Assembly: GCA_963697335.1 (NCBI GenBank)
Contig: CAVONQ010000001.1
Coordinates: forward strand, 29,199-93,198
DNA: 64,000 nt
Direction: 5' to 3'
Source: an uncultured cyanobacterium
Lineage (GTDB): Bacteria > Cyanobacteriota > Cyanobacteriia > PCC-6307 > Cyanobiaceae
The position numbers and the translations under genes were made by a program. The notes below the pieces were generated by a model. It was not told the DNA's origin. It saw nothing but the letters and a program-made list of their open reading frames with translations, and did no database searches. How positions within the stretch are numbered: position 1 is the stretch's first letter; each line of letters starts with the position of its first letter. This document shows, piece after piece, positions 18,294 through 33,100 of this stretch.

Positions 18294-19439
18294 GTGAGCC
18301 AAGCCCTGTCCTCTTTGGCCCGCATGACCCTCCGGCAACTGCGCCAGATTGCCAGCGATCTGGGCGTGAGCCTGTACAGCCGCAAATCCAAGGATGAGCT
18401 GGTGTCTGAGATCGAGGCCCGCAAGGACGACCAGTCGGACGAGGGCTTCGGCCAGGTGCAGGGCAGTGCTGCCTCCCAGGGCGAGAGTCCATCGCTGAAG
18501 TCGATTGAGGCCGACATGCCGCCGGCCCCCCGGCCCGCGGCCGAGACCAGCGTGGTGTTCCTGCCCCGGGACCCGCAGTGGGCCTATGTGTTCTGGGACA
18601 TCACCGAAGCCGATCGCAACACCGCCTTTGCCGCCGGGGCCAATCAGCTCTGCCTGAGACTTGCCGATGTGACGGGCCTCTCCGGCGGTTCCGCCCACCC
18701 CCATACCCTCCAGGAGGTGGTCGTCGACAGCCATGCCACTGAGTGGTATTTGCCGGTGCCCCTGAGCGATCGCGATTACCGGGTTGAGCTCGGCTACCGC
18801 AAGGGCTCCGCTGGCGGCTGGATTTCGCTGGCCTTCTCCTCCGTTGCCCGGGTTCCAGCCCTCCACCCCAGCGAACAGATCCTGGATCAGTTCGTTCCCT
18901 TCACCCTCGACACCAGTGCGCCGGCTCCGGCGGCGATTACTGCAGCTGCAGCGCCGTCGACCTCCCCTGCAGGCGGTGATCAGGATCTGCACGAGCGTCT
19001 CTACCAGAGCGCCACATCCCAGTGGCGTCGCATCAGCCGGGGCTCCGAGGCCTTCCACGAGCTCGACACAGCGGGCTTTGAGAGCGGCGGGCTGAATGCC
19101 TCTGGTGTGGGCATCTGGTCCAGCGGCCGCAGCGAGTCTGGCATCGGCGGCGTGGCTCCGCGCCAGCGGTCCTTCTGGCTGGTGGCCGATGCCGAACTGA
19201 TTGTCTACGGTGCTACGGACCCCTCGGCAAAGCTCGCGATCGGCGGCGAGGACGTGCCCCTGTCTGCCGACGGCACCTTCCGCGTGCAGGTGCCCTTCCG
19301 CGACGGTCGCCAGATCTATCCGATCGAGGCCGTTGCCACTGACGGTGAGCAGAAGCGCAGCATCACACTCGAATTCAGTCGCACCACCCCCGAAGACAAC
19401 AGCAACCCGGCCGACCAGGCTGTGGCTGAGTGGTTCTGA
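18294..19439 (+). CDS. DUF4912 protein with N-terminal Rho-N-like domain
   Basis: MTLRQLRQIASDLGVSLYSRKSKDEL; LPRDPQWAYVFWD; FWLVADAELIVYGAT. Confidence 0.88.
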   Translation: MSQALSSLARMTLRQLRQIASDLGVSLYSRKSKDELVSEIEARKDDQSDEGFGQVQGSAASQGESPSLKSIEADMPPAPRPAAETSVVFLPRDPQWAYVFWDITEADRNTAFAAGANQLCLRLADVTGLSGGSAHPHTLQEVVVDSHATEWYLPVPLSDRDYRVELGYRKGSAGGWISLAFSSVARVPALHPSEQILDQFVPFTLDTSAPAPAAITAAAAPSTSPAGGDQDLHERLYQSATSQWRRISRGSEAFHELDTAGFESGGLNASGVGIWSSGRSESGIGGVAPRQRSFWLVADAELIVYGATDPSAKLAIGGEDVPLSADGTFRVQVPFRDGRQIYPIEAVATDGEQKRSITLEFSRTTPEDNSNPADQAVAEWF

Positions 19440-19445
19440 CCTGAG

Positions 19446-19646
19446 TTGACCGTGCCCACCCCCGCCACACCTCTGCGCCTCGTGGTTGCCCTCACCCCGG
19501 TCGCCGGGGCCCTCGCCTTCCCGGTGGCGGTGCCCCTGGTGCTGCGCTGGGTGGGGTTGCCGGCAGCGGTACTCACGGCCGTGGTGGTGGGAACGCTGTG
19601 GTTCGTGCTGATGCTGCGCACAGCTGAGATGCCCTCGCACCACTAG
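19446..19646 (+). CDS. small two-TM hypothetical protein
   Basis: 66-aa hydrophobic ORF ending WFVLMLRTAEMPSHH. Confidence 0.65.
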   Translation: MTVPTPATPLRLVVALTPVAGALAFPVAVPLVLRWVGLPAAVLTAVVVGTLWFVLMLRTAEMPSHH

Positions 19647-19705
19647 GGTTCTGGCCCTGACTCCTCGCTTGAGGCAACACTGCCCTCAGCCGTGGACATC
19701 CGTAG

Positions 19706-21100
19706 ATGGCAGGTGTGCTTCCATCGGGTCTGGCTCTGCTGCTGGGCGCGGGACTGCTGGCGGGCTGCACAGCGGTAGCCAGGATTGGCGGGGCCCCTGA
19801 GCCCGAGCCACCGCTGCCGGCGGGCTTCACCGTGGCCTTCAACCACCGGCTGGGCAACCGCTACCGGAGCCCGGTGAGCGGCGAATGGCGCCAGGGCGAC
19901 GACCTGGAGGCGATGCTGCTGGGCGCCATCGCCTCCGCCCGTCACAGCATCCTGGTGGCTGTGCAGGAACTCTCCCTGCCCCGGGTGGCCGAGGCCCTGG
20001 TGGCCCAGCAACGGCGCGGCATCAGGGTGCAGGTGGTGCTGGAGAACACGTACAGCCAGGCGTGGTCGGAGCAGCACCTGGCCGACCTTTCCGCCCGGGA
20101 CCGGCAGCGGCACCAGCAACTCCAGGCCCTCGGCGGGGGAGATGCGGTGGCGATCCTGCGGCGCGGCGGCGTGCCGATGCTGGATGACACCGCCGATGGC
20201 AGTGCCGGCAGTGGCCTGATGCACCACAAGTTTCTGGTGATCGATGGGGCGGTGGTGGTGACGGGCTCCGCCAACTTCACGGCGTCGGGGATTCATGGCG
20301 ATGCGGGCGCCCCCCAGACCCGCGGCAACGTGAATCACCTGCTGCAGATCGAGAGCCCGGAGCTGGCCGCCCTGTTCAGCGCCGAATTCGACCGCCTGTG
20401 GGGGGATGGTCCCGGGGGTGCAGCTGACAGCCGCTTCGGCCTGGGCAAGGACAGCCCCGGACTGCAGAGGGTGCGGGTGCGGGGCACCCCCGTGGCGGTG
20501 CTGTTCGCGCCCCATCGGCGCCGGGATACCGCCAATGGCCTTCAGCAGCTGGACAGCCTGCTGAAGCAGACGCGCCGCAGCGCCGATCTGGCCCTGTTCG
20601 TGTTCTCCGATCAGCAGCTGGGCGACACCCTGGGACAGCTGCACCGCCGCGGCGTGGCGATCCGGCTGCTGGCCGACCCGGGCTTTGCCAACCGCTCCTT
20701 CAGCGAAGTGCTGGATCTGCTGGGGGTGGCCTTGCCCGATCACCGCTGTGCCCTGGAGGCGGGCAACGCCCCCCAGCGCAAGCCCCTGGAGGGAGTCGGC
20801 ACCCCGCGCCTGGCCGCCGGCGACAAGATGCACCACAAGATGGCGGTGCTCGACCAGCGGACCGTGGTCACGGGCTCCTTCAACTGGAGCCCGAGTGCCG
20901 CCCACCAGAACGATGAAACCCTGTTGATCATCGAGTCGCCCCAGCTGGCGGCCCATTTCAGCCGGGAAATCGATCGTCTCTGGAAAGGGGCGGAGCTCGG
21001 CATCTCCGCCCGGCTGCAGCGCAAGCGCGACCGCCAGCAGCAGCTCTGTGGCCGCGGCCGGCAGCGGCTGGTCCAGGATGGCCCCGTACGATCTGGCTAG
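19706..21100 (+). CDS. phospholipase D-superfamily lipoprotein (two HKD motifs; resembles cyanobacterial ComA nuclease)
   Basis: Lipobox LAGC; MHHKFLVIDG..VVTGSANFT and MHHKMAVLD..VVTGSFNWS. Confidence 0.85.
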   Translation: MAGVLPSGLALLLGAGLLAGCTAVARIGGAPEPEPPLPAGFTVAFNHRLGNRYRSPVSGEWRQGDDLEAMLLGAIASARHSILVAVQELSLPRVAEALVAQQRRGIRVQVVLENTYSQAWSEQHLADLSARDRQRHQQLQALGGGDAVAILRRGGVPMLDDTADGSAGSGLMHHKFLVIDGAVVVTGSANFTASGIHGDAGAPQTRGNVNHLLQIESPELAALFSAEFDRLWGDGPGGAADSRFGLGKDSPGLQRVRVRGTPVAVLFAPHRRRDTANGLQQLDSLLKQTRRSADLALFVFSDQQLGDTLGQLHRRGVAIRLLADPGFANRSFSEVLDLLGVALPDHRCALEAGNAPQRKPLEGVGTPRLAAGDKMHHKMAVLDQRTVVTGSFNWSPSAAHQNDETLLIIESPQLAAHFSREIDRLWKGAELGISARLQRKRDRQQQLCGRGRQRLVQDGPVRSG

Positions 21101-21116
21101 ACAAGCTCCACTGCCG

Positions 21117-21359
21117 ATGGACTCAAGATCCGCCGCCAAGGCTGAATCGACCACCCTTGATGCGATCCAACTGATGTTGCGGGATCTTCAGACCCGCCAT
21201 GACGAAATTCGCCACCGGGCTGCATTCCGGGGCTGCACGAAGGAGCTGCTGGACGTGCAACAGGAGCTGGTGGATTACCTGCTCACCAAAAAGAGCCAAC
21301 TGATGGGCCAGAGTGAGAGAGAAAGCCTCACCAACCGCAATTACAACGCCTTCCTCTGA
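21117..21359 (+). CDS. small helical hypothetical protein (80 aa)
   Basis: ATG 21117, coiled-coil-like sequence, fills the gap between two + strand genes. Confidence 0.6.
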   Translation: MDSRSAAKAESTTLDAIQLMLRDLQTRHDEIRHRAAFRGCTKELLDVQQELVDYLLTKKSQLMGQSERESLTNRNYNAFL

Positions 21360-22625
21360 CCCCACACCCGACACCGCCCCCTGGCCCAGCGGCCCCTCCG
21401 TCGTGGTGGTGGGAGCAGGCCCGGCGGGCGCCTGCCTGGCCCTGCTGCTGGCCCAGCGCGGTGTGCAGGTGACCCTGGTGGAGGCGGCCTCCAGGCTGGA
21501 GCGCCAGTTCCGCGGCGAAGCCCTGATGCCCCACGGTCTTGAGGCCCTCGAGGCGATGGGGCTGGGAGAGGAGTTGGCCCATTTGCCCCACCGCGCCCTG
21601 GCGGGCTGGCGCTTCTGTCTCGATGGCCAGCCCCTGTTCAGGGTGGCCGAACCTCTGGAGGGGGAGGACCAGCGCGGCTGCACCCTGGTGAGTCAGCCGG
21701 CCCTGCTGGCGGCGGTGATCGCCCGCCTAGGGGCCCTGGGCAACGCCCGCGTGCTGCTGGGGCAGCGGGTGAGCGGCCTGATGTGGCAGGCCGGGCGCAT
21801 CAGCGGCGTGCAGCTGGCCGGAGGCGAAGAGCTGCATGCCAGCGTGGTGGTGGCCTGCGACGGGCGCCAGTCGAGCCTGCGCGAGGCCGCCGGGCTGGAG
21901 CTCAGGCGCAGGGCGAGTCCGATCGACGTGCTCTGGTTCGCCCTGCCCGAGACCGGACCTGATCCCCTGGGGGGTGACTTCACCACGATGGTGGGCGCCG
22001 AGGGCATCTTCAGCGCCTTTGTGTCCGCCAGCGGTGGCCTGCAGCTGGGCTGGGTGCTGCAGGCCGGCGCCGCCGAGCCCAGCCTCTCCCCGCGCCAGTG
22101 GCTGGAGCGCATGGCCCGCCAGAGCCCCCCGAGCTGGCCGCCGCACTGCGCTCCCAGCCCGGCGAGCCGGGCGAACCGATGCGGCTGCGGGTGGAGGTGG
22201 GCCTGGCGCAGCGGTGGTGGTGCCCTGGCCTGCTGTTGCTGGGGGATGCCGCCCACCCGATGAGTCCGGTGCGGGCCCAGGGGATCAACCTGGCGCTGCG
22301 GGATGCCTGGGTGGCCGGCCAGCTGCTGGGGGAGGCCCTGGCCAACGCTCCGGCCCAGGGCAGCGCCCTGACCGAGAGCCTCGACGCGGTTCTGGCCCGG
22401 ATCGAGGCGCTGCGGCAGCCCGAAACCCTTGGCCTCCAGGAGCTGCAGGCCAAGGAGACCGCCCGCGGCCTCTGGCTGCAGCGGCAGGGCGGACTGCGTC
22501 GCCTGCTCAGGGCGGGCTCAGCCTGGTTGGCACCGCCCCTGGCCGGCCACTGGCGGCACAGTCAGCGCCCCCTGCGCCTGGGCATCACCAGCCTGACCAG
22601 CCGGGGCGAAGATCCGCCGCAATGA
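21313..22625 (+). pseudogene. FAD-dependent monooxygenase/oxidoreductase split by a frameshift
   Basis: VVGAGPAG and VVACDGRQS lie in ORF 21313..22263; LLGDAAHPMSPVRAQGINLALRD lies in a different frame (22098..22625); the frames join at the C6 run 22125-22130. Confidence 0.8.
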
Positions 22626-22656
22626 TGGGTAGGCGTCCAGTGCCATCAGCCCCGCC

Positions 22657-23085
22657 ATGAATCGCCATGCCCCGCTGCTGGTTTCCGCCCTGGCCGTGCT
22701 GGCCTTGACTGCTCTGGGCCAGGGGCCCGTGAGGGCCCGCGACCCTGACTACCCCAGCCAGGAGCTGCTGCGTCAGCTGCAGCTCGACACGATCGCCTGC
22801 GGCCGCGACAACCTGGCCCCCGACTGCGATCAGGCCCGCAGCGCCGCCGATCCCCTGCTCGACCATCCGAGGCTGAGCGGCAACTGCAAGGACTCGCTCT
22901 GGCTGATCAGCCAGGAGGCTGTGGTGGTGCCCCGCAACGACTTCCAAAGGCGCGAGCGGCTGATTGGCGAAGCCACAGACATGATTCGCTTCTGCCGGCA
23001 ACTGAGCCAGCCCCTGCGGGGCTCAAGCCCGACACCGCGGCCCCAGGCCCCGGGAAGGGGATTCGGCCTGGTGCCTGGCTCCTGA
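22657..23085 (+). CDS. hypothetical secreted protein with 4 Cys
   Basis: Signal-peptide-like N-terminus; ADPLLDHPRLSGNCKDSLW. Confidence 0.7.
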   Translation: MNRHAPLLVSALAVLALTALGQGPVRARDPDYPSQELLRQLQLDTIACGRDNLAPDCDQARSAADPLLDHPRLSGNCKDSLWLISQEAVVVPRNDFQRRERLIGEATDMIRFCRQLSQPLRGSSPTPRPQAPGRGFGLVPGS

Positions 23086-23111
23086 GGGGCCACAGCGGCA
23101 GCGGAGCGGGC

Positions 23112-23546
23112 CTAGGGCGCGCCTGCGTCGGCCGGAGCTGGGTTGCTGGCCGCCGAGAGATCCAGCACCCGCTGGGAGGTGCTGTCCATGAAGGGCAGCG
23201 TCCAATTCAGTTGCACCACCGCCTGATCGGCCAGCTGGCAGAGCGAATTGCTCTGGCCGGCCGCCTCACAGCTGGCTGAGAGGCCCAGCAGGGCGTTGGT
23301 GAGCTTGCCCCGCAGGCAGCTCTCAGCGCCGCCACGGCTCAGCACCGCTTCGGCGGCCTTGCGGGTGTGCTGCACGGCCTGGTCGTAGGGCCCGGCCTTG
23401 GCCCCGCCCGCCACGCAGGCGGCCTGCGCCTGAGCCCAGCTGCCCCCAGCCCCCAGGGACGTGAGGCCCAGGGCCGCCACAGCCAGGGTTCGGCCAGCCA
23501 GCAGAGCCAGACGGCCAGCAGCGGCATGGACAGCCATGGAAGCCAT
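23112..23546 (-). CDS. hypothetical secreted protein with 4 Cys
   Basis: Signal peptide ending AQA; ESCLRGKLTNALLGLSASC; start at 23546 or 23537. Confidence 0.65.
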   Translation of the reverse strand: MASMAVHAAAGRLALLAGRTLAVAALGLTSLGAGGSWAQAQAACVAGGAKAGPYDQAVQHTRKAAEAVLSRGGAESCLRGKLTNALLGLSASCEAAGQSNSLCQLADQAVVQLNWTLPFMDSTSQRVLDLSAASNPAPADAGAP

Positions 23547-23604
23547 CTGCGAGATCAGCATCACCCTAGCCAGAGTGAACAGCGGCACCAGGCGTTGCGG
23601 ATGA

Positions 23605-28624
<5,020 letters not shown>

Positions 28625-28630
28625 GAACCC

Positions 28631-29785
28631 TCAGTTGGCCGCTGCAATACTGACAGGCATGCCATTGCGCAGCAGGGCTGTATTGCTCACCACCACCCGG
28701 TCACCGGCTGAGATGCCAGACAACACGGGATAGCTGTTGCCCTGCAGTGGGCCCAGCTTGACGGCAGTCTGCACGACCACCGGAGTGGAGGGCGGTAATT
28801 TCTCTAGCCGCTCGCGGGTAGCCTCAGGAATCTGCTTTGAACTGCGGATCTTCGGGAGGATGGTGCTGAGCTGCTCTACGCGGTAAACAAAAGGCTGCTG
28901 AGCCTGCATCGACACTGCCTGCACCGGGACCGCCAACTTGCGGCTGACCTCGGTGATGATCCGGTTCTGCACAAACTGGCCGTTCTTGAGCTGGGCAGTG
29001 GAATTGGGGAACTCCGCCTTTACCAGCACAGTGTTGGGAGACGTGCTACTGCCGCTCACGCCGAAGTAGGGCGAGATGAACACCACCCGGCCCGTGGCCG
29101 TGATGGGTGGGTCGCCCTGGGTGCGCAACTGCACCTGCTGGCCCAGGCGGACCCGGGAGGCCTGGATCGCGGGCACATCCATCAGGGTCCAGAGCCGCTG
29201 GTTATCAACAATGCCGGTGATCGCCTGGCCCTTGCGCACATAGTCGCCGAGTTTCACGGAATCAAGGTCACCGATTTCACCGGCGATAGGCGCCCGCACC
29301 ACCTTGTAGCCAAGGTTGGCCGCCTGAACCTTGACCTGGTCGCGACTCTCGATCGCCTGGGTGACATAGAAATCCCGGTCTTTAGTGGACACCGCACCCT
29401 GCTGATTCAGAAAGATGTAGCGCTCAGCATTCACTCGGTCCTTGCGGGCCTCGGCCTGACTGGCATCCAGAGTGGCGGTTTCCTGGGCGTTGTCGAGCAC
29501 CAGAATCGGCTGGCCGGCCTGAACCCGCTGGCCCTGGGTGGCCAGGATCCGCACCACCCGTCCCTCGGCCTCGGGCCGCAGGGCCACATCCGTGGTGGAC
29601 GACAGGCGGCTCATCACCTCGATCGAGGGACTGAAGAAGGCCTCCGCGAGCGTGGCCACCTGGACCCGCAGGGGCTCGCGTGATGCCTGTGTTCTGGTGG
29701 CACATCCGCTACCGATCAGGAGGGCAGCCAGAGGCAGGAGCACCTGTGTGCACCGAACAGCCGCGACCGGAATTGGAAGTGCCAT
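28631..29785 (-). CDS. RND periplasmic adaptor (membrane fusion protein)
   Basis: Lipoyl-like GRVVRILATQGQRVQAGQPILVLD and VRAPIAGEIGD; lipobox-like GSGC; start uncertain. Confidence 0.9.
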   Translation of the reverse strand: MALPIPVAAVRCTQVLLPLAALLIGSGCATRTQASREPLRVQVATLAEAFFSPSIEVMSRLSSTTDVALRPEAEGRVVRILATQGQRVQAGQPILVLDNAQETATLDASQAEARKDRVNAERYIFLNQQGAVSTKDRDFYVTQAIESRDQVKVQAANLGYKVVRAPIAGEIGDLDSVKLGDYVRKGQAITGIVDNQRLWTLMDVPAIQASRVRLGQQVQLRTQGDPPITATGRVVFISPYFGVSGSSTSPNTVLVKAEFPNSTAQLKNGQFVQNRIITEVSRKLAVPVQAVSMQAQQPFVYRVEQLSTILPKIRSSKQIPEATRERLEKLPPSTPVVVQTAVKLGPLQGNSYPVLSGISAGDRVVVSNTALLRNGMPVSIAAAN

Positions 29786-29874
29786 CCAGTCGTGGGATGA
29801 GACGCAGGGCCCAACAGTACCGGCCAGGCCCTGGATTGTCCCGCGCTCAGGCAAGCCAACGTACCAGCCGGGCA

Positions 29875-30171
29875 TCAGGGGCGCAGGCGGGGAGGGCGCC
29901 GATAGGCCGGATCGGGGTTCGCCGCCTGCAACTGCCGCATCGCCTCGATCGCCAGGCCGCAAAGACCGCCTGCCGCAGCCACCAGACGCCGCAGCCAGCG
30001 CAGTTCGACCGTACCGATCTTCGTGGGGGTGTTGGCCACGATGGACTGGAGGAAGAGGCCGATGCACCAGCCGATCACGATCCCGACCAACAGGGCCAGC
30101 ACCACCTTGCGACCGTTCATCGCTTTTGGGGCTGGCGGCTTCGGCTCCTGAGTGTGGGGTGGGGAGGACAT
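29875..30171 (-). CDS. small two-TM membrane protein inside the RND cluster
   Basis: VVLALLVGIVIGWCIGLFL and LVAAAGGLCGLAIEA helices; start at 30171 or 30120. Confidence 0.7.
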   Translation of the reverse strand: MSSPPHTQEPKPPAPKAMNGRKVVLALLVGIVIGWCIGLFLQSIVANTPTKIGTVELRWLRRLVAAAGGLCGLAIEAMRQLQAANPDPAYRRPPRLRP

Positions 30172-30184
30172 GGAGGTGAAGGGA

Positions 30185-33100
30185 TCAGCTTCCGGCCGAC
30201 TCAGGGTCGGGGGTGAGCGCTTCAGGATTGCCGCTGAACAGGGACTTGACCACCACATAGAAGACCGGCACCACCAGGAGCGAGAGCACGGTGGCCACCA
30301 GCAGCCCCCCGAACACCACCGTGCCCAGCGAAGCCTGACTGCGGGCGCCGGCGCCGCTGGCCAGCACCAGGGGCAGAAAGCCAAAGAGAGAAGAGATGGC
30401 CGTCATGATGATGGGCCGCAGGCGTGAGCGGGCCGCCTGTCGGGCGGCCTCGATGGCGGTGGCCCCGGCCGCCATGCGCTGGTTGGCCAGATCCACGATC
30501 AGGATGCCGTTCTTGGCAGCCAAACCGATCAGCATCACCAGCCCAACCTGAGCGTAAATGTTCAGCACCTCACCCCGGATGCCGAGGAAGACCAATGCGC
30601 CCAGCATGGCTGTTGGCACCGTCATCAGGATGATCAGTGGGTCGGCGTAGCTCTCGTACTGGGCGGCCAGCACCATGTACACCACCAAAATGCCGAGGGC
30701 GAAGATCACGACGGCCAGCGCACCGGCCTTCACCTCTTCACGGGCGATGCCCGTCCAGTCGAAGCCCAGGCCCTGGATCGTCTGGGACTCAAAGATCCGC
30801 TGCATGGCATTGATCGCCTGGCCGGAACTGTTCCCCGGGGCAGGTTCTCCCTCGATCTTGATCGAGCGGTAGAGGTTGAAATGGGGAACCACATTAGGGC
30901 CTTCGATCGGCCGTACGCTGAAGAATTCGGAGAGGGGGATCTGTTCGCCGTCGCTGTTGCTCACATAGAGAGCCTTCAAGCGCTCCGGTGTGGCACGGTT
31001 GGCGTCGTCGGCCTGGACAAAGACACGGCGCACCTTGCCTTCCTGGAACGTGTCGTTCACGTAAAGGCCACCGAAGTTGATGCTGAATGAGCGCATCGCC
31101 ACACCAAAATCCACACCCAGGGAGGCCAGGCGATCCCGGTCCACATCGATCGCCAGCTGGGGGGCCGAAGGGGAAAATTGGGTGCGCACCGGTGGCGTAC
31201 TGCTGAACACCGGATCGGTATTGGCCTCACCGATGATCTGTCCGGAGAGGTCGAAGAACTCCGGCAGGTCATAACGGCCGCCACTGCGATCGAGCAGCTG
31301 GAACTCGAAGCCACCGGACTGGCCATAGCCAGAGATGGCCGGAGGCTCGATCACCACCACCCGGGCCTCCTGAATTTCGGAGGCGAAACGCCGGTTGAGA
31401 CGCTGCACGATGGCGTTCACCCCCTGATCGCGCGAAGGCCGATCCTCCCAGTTGCGGGTGCCGAAGAAGAAGAGCCCCTTGTTCGGAGCGTTTCCATCGA
31501 AGCTGGCTCCGCTGAACAGGGACGCCGCCGTGATGTCTTTCTCCTCCCTGAGGATGGCACCCACCTTGTCGTTGATCCGTTGGGTGACCTGAATCGAACC
31601 GCCATCCGGCAACTGAACGATCCCCAGGGCGTAACCCTGATCCTCGATCGGCACGAATCCCCCGGGGATGGAACTGAAGGCCACACCGGTGAGCAGGACG
31701 CCCCCAGCCAGCACCGCCATGACGATGGCCCGGTGGCGAAGCACCCACTCCAGCAGGTCGTGATAGCCACCCTCCAAGCGGCCATAGAAGCTGTTGAACC
31801 GCCGAAAGATCAGGGGCGTGAGCCAGCCGGCAGCTACGCCAAGGGCGGTGAACAGGACCACGGGAATCGGCTGTTCCACGCCGGCCAGCAGCAGCCCGCT
31901 GATGGCCCCTCCGATCACAGAGGGCAGACGCAGGGGGAGCCCGGTGACCAACTTGGCCACATACCCCACCAAAAGGCCGATCCCCACCGCAAGGAGAGTG
32001 CCGACAACCCCGTTGCCTGCAACAGAGAGCACGCCATACACGAAACCGATCACGCCACCAGCGATGGCATAGGTGCGGCGGGAGGGGGGCTGGCTCTCAT
32101 TCGCCAGCAGCAGGGCCGATAGCATCGGCGAAAAGGTGAGCGCATTGAAGGTGGAAATGGCCACGGAGAAGATGATCGTGGCGGCGAACTGCTTGTAGAT
32201 CGTTCCCGTAGCACCGGGGAAGAACAGCACCGGAAGAAACACGGCAAACAGCACCACCGAGGTGGCGATCACGGCGCTGAACAGCTCATCCATGGTGCCC
32301 ATGGCGGCCTGCACAGCCGTGCGCCCCTCGGCCTTCTTGCTGGAGGTGTCCTCGATCACCGTGATGGCGTCATCCACCACCAGACCGGTGGCCAGAATCA
32401 ACCCGAACAGGGTGAGCTGGTTGAGGGAGAAACCGAAGGCATTCACCAGGGCGAAGGTACCCACGAGGGCCACGGGAATGGCGATGCCGGGAACCAGAGT
32501 GGCCTTCCAGTCCTGGAGGAACAGAAACAGAATCAGCACCACCAGCATCACGGCATCCCGCAGGGAAGCCAGCACCCCCTGAATGGAAGCATTGATGAAG
32601 TCGGTGCTGTCGTAGATCTTCTCCATCTTCAGGCCCACCGGCATGACGGCCTGAAAGTCATCGAGAACCTTCTTGATGCCTGCCGAGGTCCTCAGGGCAT
32701 TGGTGCCACTGAGCTGATAGACCGCCATGCCGATAGAGGGCACCCCGCGGATGTCCGTGGCGTTCAGGGCGTAATTCTCTCCACCCAGGGAGGCCCTGCC
32801 CACGTCCCGAAGGCGCACAATGCTGCCCTCGGGGGTGTTTCGGATGATGAGGTTGTTGAACTCCTCTTCACTGACCAAACGTCCCTGCAGCTGCACGGTG
32901 AAGGTGAACTGCTGCCCATCCGGGGCAGGCTCCCCACCCACCTGGCCAGCCGGCACCAGGCGATTCTGGCTGCTCAGGGCCGCCACCACATCGTTGGAGG
33001 TGAGACCGAACGCCGTGAGCTTGTCGGGATCGAGCCAGAGGCGGAAGGCAAGCTTGCGTTCCCCGAAATAGGTGAGATCACCCACGCCGGGCACGCGCTT

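Noticed and set aside
29786..30067. Long N-terminal extension of the MFP (ORF track start at 30067)
   Set aside because: It overlaps the more plausible two-TM ORF in another frame; a signal/lipobox region appears only near 29785
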